Assembly (NCBI GenBank): GCA_030141605.1
Contig: JAQGDQ010000953.1
Coordinates: forward strand, 1 to 64,000
Source of the DNA: Tubiluchus corallicola
Lineage: Eukaryota > Animalia > Priapulida
DNA: 64,000 bases
Direction of reading: 5' to 3'
Shown: positions 1-32,200 of the stretch, one piece after another
Layout of the letters: each line of letters opens with the position of its first letter
Position numbering within the stretch: position 1 is the first letter of the stretch
The notes under the pieces: generated by a model
The model's input: the letters and a program-made list of their open reading frames with translations, nothing else
What the model was told of the DNA's origin: nothing
Database searches by the model: none
Translations under genes and position numbers: made by a program

Positions 1-189
1 CATAGCACAACACACAAAACACACCACCACCACACCACATCAAATCCACCACCTCACGTGGTGATCATGATGATGATGGTGGCAATGATGATGACACCTA
101 TAGCACAAGCACCAACAACACAGCATTACAACAAAACCATTCCAAACATTTTTCACAAAGTTGAAACTATGTGCTATAATATAATAAAT

Positions 190-1010
190 AACAAAGGCCC
201 CGCAAAAGATTTTGCGTAAAAAACCACGCGTAATCAATAATACGCGAACATCCTACCTAGTCCTCATTTATAACACAAAGCCCTTAACATCGTGCCTGCC
301 GTTTGTCTAACTAACGCAAAGCCTGTAGCTTTTTGCTGAATTAAAGTTATAAGATTATAGACAGAGTACAATGGATGACGTCACAACAATGCCTTTGCGT
401 CAGCAATTTTCTAAGTGAAAATTGCCGAAAATAGAACTCCTAACTAACTCGTTGATACTCCTCTCGGTGGACCTGCCCTAAAATATATCCCACATCATCG
501 TGTAGCCCTGTCCTTCCTCTTTGTAAAGAGCTATATATCTCCTTCCGAGAGTCCCACCAGGCGCCGCTAGAACGTTTTTCCCGCATGCTGTTTGGTCAAA
601 ATTTCGAAAAATCGCGAGTTGGGTACGGGAAAACGCCCGTTGCGGGACGCCGTGGCCCTCTCGGGAATTCTAAATAGGCCTATGACACCCACCGCTGAAC
701 GGGCTATCTATCCATACCCAGCACCACCCTCGGCCGGTTCCCGTTCTCTACATCTCAGCCGTATAACTTTTGCAAAAAACGGCCGAAAAAGGGCCATTTT
801 TGGAGGTTTTTCGCCCCCCGTTCCTCCCGGTGGGCCCCATTCGAAAAATAAACCATCAATGAGACGACACTAGATCGAGACCTTTCGTTTGATATATAGA
901 TCGCCGCAAATGGTGCCCTCGTCCGGGCTGTAGCCTCGAATCTTATATATAAATAAATATATAAATAAATATATATATATACCAAGAATATTAATATAAG
1001 AGATAGATAT
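190..1010. mobile_element. GC-rich probable non-autonomous element ending in an AT microsatellite (Helentron/HINE-like)
   Basis: GC island in AT-rich DNA; hairpin CGCAAAA-GA-TTTTGCG near 200; ATAT/AAAT microsatellite at ~944-980. Class assignment tentative. Confidence 0.3.
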
Positions 1011-1939
1011 TAATCTTCTTTGAAGGGAAATAAGCGCACTTTTTAGGCGATACAACATTTGTTTAATGTATATCATTTTTTATTTTGTCTTGCTTCACAG
1101 ACAGATGATTCTTTTCACTCCCTCTTGGACAAATAAATGTTTTCTACTAAGTAAATGGGTTAGCGAGTTATAGTTTACTGTTATGATGATATTAATGGAG
1201 CTAATAATAGTGATGATATTGTTGTAAAAAAGACATTTGTAAAATGTCAAGGACTATCCATCATTATTATAAAGTTACTTTTCTTCTAAAACAAATTTAC
1301 TTTTATGTTTTTGTATGCCATAAATCTCGATTCTCGACAGAAATCGCTAGTGTCATACTTGGGCTGCGTATGTACGACACTGCTTTTCCGCAAATTTAGC
1401 ACATGCGTTTTGCCGAAAGTGTCCTGCTTCGGCAAGTGGACTACTCGGCGCCCTACAGCGATGATACTGTACAGTGCTCCCAGACAGTCTTGTTTTGGTG
1501 TTTTGGTTAGTACCCTATTATTATTAATGTAATTTGCACAGTAATGCTTTATTACTATGCTTTTAGCAGGCAGTGGTTACCACGACGTTACTTATGGGGA
1601 AAAAATAAAAATGAATCTGAAATTACGTTTAGGTATATTTTTTCCTGGTTTGCACGCACAAATTTTATGTTTGATTAATTGATATTGTTTAAGCGTAGCA
1701 GATATTACATTCTCTGATATTATACTAACTGATCGACGAAAGGGAAGAATTATTGGTAATCAGCAACCTAGTGAATGAACGCAGAGAACACATGAAAATG
1801 CCCGGTGGATGAACATGTCAATGCCCGGAAAGAAAATTGCATTTGGACGTTATGATAATTAATAATTATTTTTATTATACTGCTCAAAACCCTAGGCTTA
1901 GGACCTTAGAACAGTATCATTACTTACACTTAATAATAT

Positions 1940-3310
1940 TAACATTGGGCTGACCAGTAGAACGTTACTTTCAATGCTGAAAAAACCGACGTTATGTTAT
2001 TTAGTCGAAAACCTGTTCCACCCCCCAGCCACTGCTTTATCTTAACAATACTGTTTTAACAAATGTCAGTTCGCACATATATCTTGGTCTGCATCTCCAA
2101 TGGGATGTTCCTATACTGCATTCAACAGAGAAAGCACATAAACGGCTCGACATGCTGAAAAAATTTCTTACGTGCTACCCCGGTCAGTTTTAGAACAACT
2201 TTGTAAATCTATGTTCCACCCTATTCTTGAATATGCTGACTCTATTTGGTGCAGTATACCTACATGCCTCTCTGACTCTCTTGAAAATGTGCAAAAACGT
2301 GCAGCTTTTATTTGCTCCAAAGCAAACTTATTATACGACAATGTGTACTATATTATATGCAAAAACGTGCAGCCTTTATTTGCTCCAAAGCAAACTTATT
2401 ATACGACAATTGACCTGCTATCTAACAGAAGACTTTCACAAACTCTGTATATTCTATAAGATTACCAATAGATTGTGTCCAACTTTTCTATATGATTTAC
2501 TGCCCCCTACTAATAATGAATTATCTGCTTATTTATTAAGAAATCGTAATAACTTTCTTTATTCTGTGATTACTTTCATAATTCTTTCTTTCCTTCAGCT
2601 GTGTCCGTTTGGAATAAGCTTCCTTCTTATATAGAATTATCAACCTCGATCAGTAGCTTCAAACGTTATTTAAAGAATTACATCGGTTTCGTAAACAGAC
2701 ACAAATATTTAACTCATGGTGAAATTCCGTACTGTATACACCATACTCGCTTAAGAATAGGTTTTTCTCAGCTTAATCATCATTTAAACATGCATGGTTG
2801 TAAAGATTCTAGTGGTAATATTGTTGGTAAAAATATTCTTGTGGTTATTATATTGAATCTATTACCCATTATTTGCTCGAATGCCTTCTATATGCTGTAA
2901 GTAGAGAGCAATTCATACACAAGTTATCCTATTTGTACTTAAATAATATTATTCCATTTGACATTTTTCTTTTGGATACTGAATCTCTAATTAGTTTACT
3001 CTTTAATGGTAGCACCCTTTTAAACCACGACCAAAATATAACTATATTTTGGTCGTGGTTTAAAAGGGTTGATATTGTTCAAACATATATAAAAAATACT
3101 CGTCAATTCGCCTATTAGTGTAGTTCATTTTATGCCTTTTGTTTTTTTAGTACACAGCATTGTACCATTGAATGTATTTCATTGTTAATTAATCTATTTC
3201 TATCATTTCATCTGTACATCACGTGTGTACCATTTCATCTTCCTGAGGCCTCTTTATCAGTAAAGAGTAAAGTGGCCAAAGGTTTGTTTGTTTTCTTCAA
3301 TAATAAAGAT
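1940..3310 (+). mobile_element. CR1/L2-like LINE 3' remnant
   Basis: Frameshifted ORF2 C-terminal motifs: VTFNAEK, HPILEYADSIW, LENVQKRAA, WNKLP, HTRLRIGFSQLNHHL. Confidence 0.8.
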
Positions 3311-3682
3311 ATGGTTATAAAAAATATTGCATTCTCTCATCGCGTAACATATATCAATACGTTTTACAATGTCTTATCTCAGTCCAAAATAAAACAGTTG
3401 AATTTATGACCTTTGCAACCTCCATAATTATGCCAAATTTTACGTATTAAAACTACATTATCTACAGTAAAACAGAATCGCAATTATGAATGCATTATAT
3501 GCGAGTTTCATATGAAACCCAAACTTCGAACAGTCCAAAGTAGTAGATTTACTGTATTTGTTACAGAGAAAAGTTTGCCATTAGTATTTCAGAAAATAAT
3601 GAAATTGCATTGTATTTTGAATAGGTAGCTAGAAAAGGGACAATAACAATAACTTCAGCGACTACGTAGCAATTTTCATTTT

Positions 3683-3690
3683 TGACGTCA
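3683..3690. promoter_or_regulatory. Palindromic CRE/ATF site TGACGTCA just upstream of the inferred ASL start codon
   Basis: Exact TGACGTCA ending 16 nt before the ATG at 3707; function inferred. Confidence 0.35.
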
Positions 3691-3706
3691 GCGTGTCTAA
3701 GAAGAT

Positions 3707-22415
<18,709 letters not shown>

Positions 22416-22690
22416 AGAAGTAAGTAAGGAATTCAGATGTGGTGCTAATGAAACAATCCCGAAAAACTCGGCATCACTTTGCAGGTATTACTGGAACACC
22501 TAAGAAATTGATTTCCTGTTGGAGTGCAATCATGCAGAAGAATTATGGAGATATTTGGCTTCAATGCTTTTTTCTGTTGGATTAAAAGTTAAAAAAGTTA
22601 GTTGAACATCATGAATTAGGTTTATTTTTAAAAAAGTTTTTTGAATAAGTTCAGGGTTCAGGATCGAAATAGTTGCTGTTAGTTATTTAA

Positions 22691-23111
22691 AGGCCCGTAT
22701 AATCCAAACAGATGTTGAGGTTTTTTTAAGGCATTATTATTATTATACAAAGAATTCATAGTTATTATTAAACAAAAATAACTTACCTTTTTCTGGGGAA
22801 TTTCGAATGTGTGCATTGCCAAACGTAAAGATCGCCGCGTTTCACGTTTTTGGCGCAAGTGAGAATAATGTATGTAGTGCAGAAAGTGTCTTTGGTTACC
22901 GATGTTTGTTTACCGATCTTTGGTGACCTCGTGACTTTACTCATTATGTCATTCATCTAGCGCAATGAAAAATGGTGGTTCTTCAAATTTAATACTGGTT
23001 ACGACAATGAAAAGTAAAATTTATAAATAAATAAAATAAATTGAATATTCATAATGAGAGTAGGATTTTAAGTTGTAAAAGCTTATGTTATAGTGAGGGT
23101 TTAGTGTGACT
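22691..23111. mobile_element. TTAA-flanked non-autonomous DNA element (Kolobok-like), family A copy 2
   Basis: Same orientation as 12617-13062, with shared blocks such as aaagaattcatagttattattaaacaaa, ttaccgatgtttgtttac and aaataaattgaatattcataatgagagtag; TTAA on both sides. Confidence 0.65.
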
Positions 23112-23649
23112 TTAATATTTTCTTTGCTTTATTTGCAAAATAAAATCGAAGGAGTTTAGTATAATTTGAGTTACAAGTGTGTTGATACCCCAATATTTAA
23201 CTATGTCTGGATTGTTTGTTATTTAATAGTATTTTTTGTACTTTGTTGTTGGCAAAAAGATTTAGTTATCAGTGTCGAGCCTTTCAGCAATTATTTACAT
23301 TCTGTTTTTTGTTATAATAGTAATTACTGTGCTAATAATAATGGTGATGACGACTAAGATTGGCTGACAAATTAATGGTTTTTGTCATTAGACTGAAAAT
23401 AAAATTATCCATTAGTTGCTTTTATTAGGCATATTATTTTTCATAACTGTCCAGCATTTTTGTTACTAAAGGTGCTGTCCATAAATTGATAAAATAATAT
23501 TGTTTGCAATGAAACTACATGTGTCATGCTTTTGTTGGTCTATTTTTTTAATTAATTTATTTATTTAGTGATGTAGTGTGTGTGATGCATTAATGTACCA
23601 TTAAAGAGGGAACAACACTACACACAAGTAATCTCTAAATTAGTGTCAT

Positions 23650-24420
23650 CGAAAGTTTTACAAACATTGATGTTGGCAGAATCCATGTACATGTGCAATA
23701 TTTGAAATTGAAGTTAAACCTGAACATTAATAAAGAGAAAGCTGCAAAGAGCATGCCAATTACATTTGAAAACCTATTTGTAATTAAACATTAAATTTTT
23801 TGTTACTAATCACACATAATCTTTATTGTGGCAGAAGAGACATATCTGTTTTGATGAAACAAGGAATTTCAACTTCCGTGCCAGGAAAAGAAAGCCTGTG
23901 TTTTATCCCTACAATGAGGCATCGCTACGCGTACATAACAATTCATCTCGAACTATTGGTCGAGGAACTCACCAAACTCATGATGATGGATAAAAAAATC
24001 TAACCCCATCAATAGATGCGAAATTTGTTCTAGCATTTTTGTTCGTATTTTTAGTTTTTTAAAGAGTGACACCAATGCCATCATCTTCAATTCAAGGTGA
24101 AAGATCACAAATGCAGCTCCATCCGTCCATATGCAATTTATTTTAGTATATTTGTACAAAGTATCTTGGAATCCATTGCAAATTGGCAAAACTTAAGGTT
24201 TTAGACTTTTCCAAAATAATGTTATCACCGCCATCCTGATTTCAAAATAGCTGACTGAAAATCTAAATCTGACTCTGTCAATCAATTCGTGAGTAGCTTT
24301 GTGGCTATCCATTCCAAATTCACTAAGCCTGATAGTTTTTCAAAAGGTCATCCCCGAACAAGAACGACATTCAGATGAGTAACGATTTGTGTCAAGCCTC
24401 GACCAAAAATTACTGAAAGA
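23650..24420 (-). mobile_element. Charlie-type hAT transposase remnant
   Basis: CIWTDGAA...G/LVSLFK...FFIH resembles the CTDGA..M.G...HC.IH core. Confidence 0.5.
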
Positions 24421-26221
24421 AGTTGTGCGTAATGTAATATTTTATATTTGCTATAATGAGACCTTGGTAAACCAAGATACTACAGGCCTACAGCACACAT
24501 GCAGAGTTGAAATCCGTGCTCATTTTTGATATTTTCACATTTTCTCCTTTTCATTCAGCTGGGTTAATGTGACCTTATTCCATCATTAATGCATAATCTA
24601 AATTAAGAATATATATAATTAAGGAATGTTGATTTAACTTCACAGCACTCATAAAACTAATTTAAAATTTTTATATTTTGTCTGTATTCTAAATTCCCAG
24701 TGGTCTATACCAATTTATCCACTCAAGCAGCAGTCATTTGAAAAAATTATTTAAAAAACATGAATTTGCAATTTAAATTCAGATTCCTCAATTACATAAC
24801 AACTAATAAGACATCACTAAAGTGGCATATAGCTTGGGAATTTGGAACATTTCTTCAATAGAAAAACAATTTTACAATAACAAATGTGTTTATTAGTATC
24901 GACTGTGTAATAAATAATCTGTGTTATATTGCTAATTCAAGATGTATTTTACATAAAATAAGATCTAAAAACTTCAAAAACTTAAAAATTTAAAGCAAAG
25001 ATGAAAAAAAGTACAATATTGAAATTAGACTTACGTATGTGTTCCCAATATTTTCAAAGGTATTTCATATTGCCAGAGTTTCATAAATTTAAATTACTTA
25101 TTTGGCAACTGCTAGATACACGGTAGAATTTTACAGACTGTAAATCAATGAAAAACTCGACAATATCAATTGGACTTTACTTGAACAACAGTAACAGTTA
25201 TACAAAATTTGACAACAACCGACTAAAAACGAATTCAAGCAAGTATGACAAGAATGCACTGAAACAAATAAAAATTACAAATTTCTGAGTAAGCCATCGA
25301 TTAAAAAGTAGGATTATACTAAACCTGACGTAGTCCGTTAGACAACAAAATATTACAGTCAAATCTTGTTATAACCCTTCCCCCATAATACCAGCCTTGC
25401 GCGGTAAAAAGAAGTTTGACTGTCTGCCATTAAATTCATATACTGCACTAGTAACATATATAATCAGTAACTGCTAATAAAACTATTGAAAATGATGAAG
25501 CAAATCTAGACTGAAAATGGTGAACTTTATTAATAATGCTACAATTCTAATTACCATAAGTTTTAGCCATTTTACTGTGCAAAATAATACTTTTCATATA
25601 ATATTTCAAATTATGCAATTCTATATTATCATTACAACAGCAAATTACAGTAATAGAAAAGTCAGTATAAATGTTTTGAAGTCAGAGAAACTGCAGATTT
25701 AATATACATTTTCTTAAAAAAACAGTGAAATACAATGTCAAGAAAGTTACAGCCAACCATTCAATGAATTGTGCTGCTCATTATACTTAATAATACTACA
25801 TTATTCTGCAACCAATTTTTCTGCGAGCAATTTATTGCACTTATTTGAAAGATTCTCTTTCTTTGCATAAACTATTACAAAAATTAATCATTAAAAACAA
25901 ACAAAACCACTTGTTATGTTGAGTAACTAATTAACATCTATGCCTATTACAACACTTTGGTTTGGTGTTCTTTTAAGCAGTGCGCCTTAACTTGTAATTG
26001 GAATGGTGCTGCTCTTTAAATTGGAATAAAGCCATAATTCCAATCATTTTCTCTTTTATTTATGGTTATAACACCACTAATAATATTATGTGTATAATAT
26101 TGTTTATAAAATTGTTGGTGGTTTCGTTAATGCTAAGACCTAACAAGACTTCTGCAAAACGTCATAAAAAAGCATTAAAATTGATTAACATTATGACGTA
26201 AAAAAATGAAACACCAGTTTT

Positions 26222-29200
26222 CTAGTTTTCATCCTCTGAGCTCTCACCACGTGGAATATGGACCAAATTTTTGGCAGATATGGTCTCTAATTCTGGGCAT
26301 CCAGCAGCTATAACTGACCACGGATCTCTAACACGTGTGCAGTCTAGTTGAAGAAGAGTTAGACGTGGAAGACAAAGATGGACCAGGCCTCGGTCATCTA
26401 CCTTGGTTCTGCTGAGATTAAGCTTCGTCAGTGACTGGCAGTTGTTGACGTGTCTCTCCATTAAGAACTTCCTGTTTATTTTTGTACATGATAGGCTCAG
26501 TTCTGTTAGTCGGCTAAAATCTGAAATTTATGGCAGAAAAAGATTCTTAGTATAGTTTTGAACCTTCAATTAGTAGGTTATGTTCCAGATATTTTTGGAG
26601 CAGCATTGCAGTTTGAAAATGTTACAAATACATCAAAGGTTCACACATGACTTTAGAACATAACAAGTAATTCACTCGGTGGGTGTATGTTTTGTTAATA
26701 TCATATTGGAAGAAGTAAATGCAATTATTGCTTCCAAAGTTTCGAGATGTTATAAGCAAGCATATAAGTAAACATGCAAATATACTACAGCATAATAAAA
26801 CTTATAATTACATTTAATTAAGTTTTCTTCATTTTATATTTGCTGTCCTTTGGTGATATTATTATTATGATTTCTTCCTAAAATTACTTTTCAGTCTTTA
26901 TTAACATGTCCAAAATGAGCAATCTTACTTGCAAGCGTAGCACCACAGGTATTCGTAACAGCTGTCCTGTCCAAGTACAGCGTCTCCAAATTCACAAGGC
27001 CTCGTAGTGCACTCAATCCGACATTGGTAATCTTTGTGTTGCTAAGCAGCAACTTCTTCAAGGAGATCTTAAAAAAGTATGAAATTAAATTGTTCAGAAC
27101 AAATACACTGCGGCCAAGAGTTAGCTAAAAACTCACGGAAGCAAGAAAACCACTATCTTGTTCACAAAGTTGTAGACTTGCCATTTCACTATTGACAATA
27201 TGGGTTTATTTCATTATCAACTAATTTGCTTTCAACCATTTTCATCCTGCTGCTGAATTATCCATGGCTGCCATCCAGGTATTTGGAGCATTGTCTACTT
27301 TAAATTGTTAAAAATTCAAATTTCTGGGAAATGACTTGTAAAATGCCATAGCTTACCTATGTAATTTCACTTTTAACTGCAAAATTTTGCCTACAGCATC
27401 ATTATGATATATTTGTGATCATTTTTTGTGTGTGTGTCAAGTTAAATTTATTTCCTCAGAGAAGAAACTTTAGTTAACCATTTGTAATGCTTTGTTGTTA
27501 ATTGTGAGATTAATAAAGCATGTTTACACACAAAAAAATTCTGGGAATAAAAATTTCAGATAATCTTAAATGGGAAGCTAACATGCTCTGGTGTGTAAAA
27601 ATATCTGCTAGGGTCTGTGCTTTTTAAATCATTTAACATTGCCCCTGCTATGTTTTTTATTGGGCAGTAATTGAGAGTGTCTTAACAACACCCCTCACTG
27701 TTTGGTATAGTGCTACCCCACAATGCTCTTGATCAGGTTGTTAAATCCATCTCAAAACTAATAGGAATTGAACAGCACCTATGGCACGTTTTTGCACGAA
27801 ACGAAAGTCGCGAAGAGGTTATCATTAGTGACAAAAGTGATCTTGGTACATGTAATCAATTTTTTGAAATTCTCCTCTCTGGTCACAGATACCATTCACT
27901 TAATGGTAAAACCACTTTTAATTTTTTCTATCCAGTTGCAGCTTGCACTATCAACAGTAAATTTCTGTACGTAATAACTGACTGAATTTATTTGTATTAA
28001 TTTTCTTTTGTTGTAGTATGTAAAACTGGGCAAATTTCGTTATACAGTAATACAATAACAATAAATTGCTTACTTACTGATTGACCAGGTGTTTAACATA
28101 AGAAAAATGGTTCTGAATGTAATGAATATTTCAGCTTTGGTGACTGACAAATATTTAGCAGACCAACAAGAGCTACACAGAATAATCTTCACATATACAT
28201 ACACAAAAAAGATACAAAACAAAGTTAGAAATAAAAAGACAATACAAATTTATAAATAAGTGAAACCTTCCATCTAATTTTGTTTGAAGGTCTGCAAACA
28301 CGTTTGGCTGGTAAACCTGGTAAATTTAAAAACAGTAGAGTGAGCTTGCAGAATTGTAGACTTAGAATGATGAAGTACAAATATACAACTTACCATTCCT
28401 GACAAATGGAATATCCCTTCATCAGTAATCTTAATATAGTTGGTGAGGTCCAGGGATGTTAAAGACATCTGACGGATGTAATATAAACCAATATCTGTTG
28501 TTGTGTGGCGACTTGGTAATATTAAACTTTTCAAGTTCAGATTAGACAGATATTGCAAAGCATGATCTCCATTTACGTTATCTACAAAACAAAAATAAAC
28601 TGCAAACTTATCCACTTTAGAAAGATTTCATAATACACAGCAGCAAATAACCAATTAGGTACACTCATATGTAATTTTTTTATACAAGCCACAACTAGCA
28701 CTCGGAGATTTATTCAACAGGATGTTTGTGGCACGACCAGAACTTGGCTCTCTATCAAGGAAGTCTCTAAAATGTGCCATGAACCAGCACAGGTGGCTGT
28801 ACACATTCTCCCTGTATGAAGTAAACAGCCAAAGTTTACGAATGATTATGCCCGGACTGAACTAGTATCGAACACAATTCATTTGCATGCAAGCATGCAT
28901 ACCTATCCACTCAGACAGGAACCTCGCTAGATTTAATGACAGATTCTTTCTGTCAAATGTGGATTCCTGTTTCTTATTAAATTCGGACTGTTTTGAAAAA
29001 TCAAGCTGAAATGAATACTATGTTTTAAGCGAACAAATTCTCTTTTTCAATTTAGCCTATCTTATGAAAACATTTTATGCAAATAATGATCGCTATATGA
29101 GTTTAGGAAATATCACTTTTAATTCTTACCTGTATTGGCAACATTGACAACAGTTAAATTAGGGCATTGTGCCAGACAGAGAAGTGTGTCTGTGATAATG

Positions 29201-32200
29201 TTGGTAGATGCGACATTGATGTTGTCCAGCTTTTTTATTTGCTGTACACCACTTAAGCCAGCAATCTAAAAACACAACAAAACTATTATATATCTAGGAA
29301 AATTTCTGAACTCTTGTCTGTAGTACACTGGCATAAGTGTGTCATTGCATTGGCATCAGCATTGGAATTACATGGTCGATACACTCGCGCAGAACCATTT
29401 CCAGGCTGTTTTTTTTTGCAAAAAAATATGCATTTTTTAGTTATTTTTAGTCAAACGTAATATGAACAGACACAAAATTTTTGCTTCCTAACACTTTTTG
29501 TCAAAATATAGCAGAGTTTTCTTTGGTGTCAAGTTACTTTAAGAGCAAAAAAAAGAAATAGGAATTAAAGAAGCATGAATATCAGGATGTTATATATTTA
29601 AGACACATTGCATCTGCAGCCTTAGTTTTATTTTTTAAAATCTTCGGAATATAATCTATTCGTTAAACAGAAACGGTGCATTTGAATATCAAAATGCAAG
29701 TTGTTACAAGCACTGATCAACGATAAAGTTTGGCAAACTGCATAACTACATTCGCACTGCAATTGTGTACCATTGTTGTGATGGTATATTTATGATGTAA
29801 AACACATTTTAGCACAGCACATGTTGGCAAATGGCAGCATCCATATAAGTAAAACATTTTCAAAACCAAAACAACACAGAAAGTGGCAATGCAATGAAAT
29901 TGGCATTACAGTGTACAACAGGGTTAAGAACATATAGAAATTTAAGGGAATGCAATTTTCAATGTTTATGAGAGATCTGACATGATTTCGCAGGTTGAAA
30001 AAATTAAAATACTGTTTACAAGCTGCTACATATCATATTGTTAAAATTGTTCCATGCAGCAATATGTTACTATGTACTAAATATTTAATGCATGATGTAT
30101 AGGATTTGAGTGTACTAGTAATAACATTTACTTAAGTGAAGTCGTTAAGTGTATGAAGTTAATATTTTTACTAACACTCTGTTAATCATTCTGCTCTTTC
30201 ACCATGCAACATAACCACTACCCTTCATTTGTATATTAAAAAGATAATATAAGAAAACGATGTAACGATATGTACCTGAGTATCCTCCAAGCTTAACTGT
30301 CGCAGGTTTTCAATTTCAGCTAGAAATGGTATCACAGTTTGATCTATGACTGTACGATTCAGTATCAAAATCTGTAGCAGAGGCGGACGGGCCTTACAAT
30401 ACTTGACAATACCATTATTTGAGACTTGCGTGCCTTCCACGTTTAGGCTAACCAGGCTGGGAAATTTGATTAGCAGTGTAAATGAACTGTCGAATATTTG
30501 TGTGCACCTAGAAAAATGAAATATAGAAACAATAAACAGGCTATAATATTGACAAGAAAATAAAACTCTGTATTTGTGCCTCAACAAGACAATATGATTG
30601 TAAATCCTCATTTTGAAAAATGGTGGTGGGCTACATCAAGGTGCTCAAGACTGGACAACAAATAAACTGCATAAACAAAACACAATTGAAAATTTTGTTA
30701 ATTTTATAGCTCTTACGCATGTTCCACTCCTCTGTGTAAAAATTTTGAAACTAGTTTTACGCCAATTAAGGTATGGTACACATGTGCCTATAATACAGTA
30801 TTTAAAAATGGTGACTTAAAATGAAAAAAATCTGAATAAAAAATTATCTTATTACAATGGATGTCATTTATTAGACTCACTGTTAATAGAATCAGTCACT
30901 TAATATACTCAAAGTGTTTTGGACCAGCCGCTCCTATTCAAATGTATATAAAAACTGTCAATAATTGACTCAAATAACTCTGCATAACTGACTCGAAATT
31001 TTTGCTTTAGAGACACTTGTGTGTAGTCAAAGAGCTTTTACCACTTTTATGTCATCTTTACATCACTTTTGTGCACTATAATACATGTAGAGAGAATCAT
31101 GTCACGTAAAATTTTGTTTGTAAGCAGGTACGTTTATCATGCACTAATACGCTGTGTAGCGTTTTCGTTTTGAATCTGTAACCCGCTGCAATGAACACAG
31201 TTGTCAAAGAATTCATACAAGCATAAACATCATAGAGCACAGAGTTAATTTTGACAAAATAACAGAACACTAATGTAAAAACCTAGCATGTAAAGCTTTT
31301 GCAGTTTTTGTAGTGTATACTAAGCTGAAGAGTGATGACTTGTACTTCTGTACTAGTAACACTACATCCGTTGGCTAATAGATTTAGTCAGTTAATTAGG
31401 TCAAAAAACACATCCCCCAAAGCAAACCTATTAAGCAGTGCCTATTGTAATTTTATTTAGGAATAGTAAAATTAGATGTAAGTCATTAACCAGGAAAATC
31501 ATAATGAAAAAACGGTTAATAAAACAATAAACATAAGATTGTAAGCAAGGACACTGCGATCACGTTCATTATTTTTCTTAAAAACAGTAATTTAAACCAA
31601 ATAATTTTCTGTTAATATCAAGTCAAGATCAATATAGTTTGTACGCACCGTGCCAAGTTCAGATGGGCTAAATTCCTGAGAGAAGATAAATGTGAAAGAC
31701 TGGCTTCAGTGATTAGAGGACTTGACGCTAGACTGATATGCACAAGATCACAGTGAAACCTCAATGTTTGCACAAGCTCATTCGTTGTGTACAGATAATT
31801 ATCTAGAACAATTTTCTGTAAGTGGCAGGAGACAAATGGCAGCAGAGTCTTGGCTTTTAGCAACTTTGCTTTGATCAAATGTTCCAGGATTTTTGTTGCG
31901 ATGTGTGCAGGAAGTGCGAGAGAAGTTATGGAATTTGTGGGAGAGCATATCCTCTGTGACACGATTCTCACACATAGCTCTGATAAAGATGGAACAGTAT
32001 GAGTAGTCATGCAAACGTCCTCTTCAACAACGCCTGATGAGTGTGGTTGGTAATTTTCTGGTAGTGGTGCATTTTCCCACAGTCGTCTCTGCTGCTCTGC
32101 ATGAATGCTAGAGTCATCAACTAACCTTTGACCTAAAAAAGAAATGTAAAAATTAGGCTCCAAATCAGAGTGTCACAGTCTGTTATAATATTTCTCATTA

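Noticed and set aside
40-237. His-rich ORF (also 16471-16800)
   Set aside because: Produced by (CAT/GAT)n and (GCT)n simple repeats; no splice or domain support.
592-873. 93-aa ORF in the GC island
   Set aside because: No recognisable motif; expected by chance in GC-rich repeat DNA.
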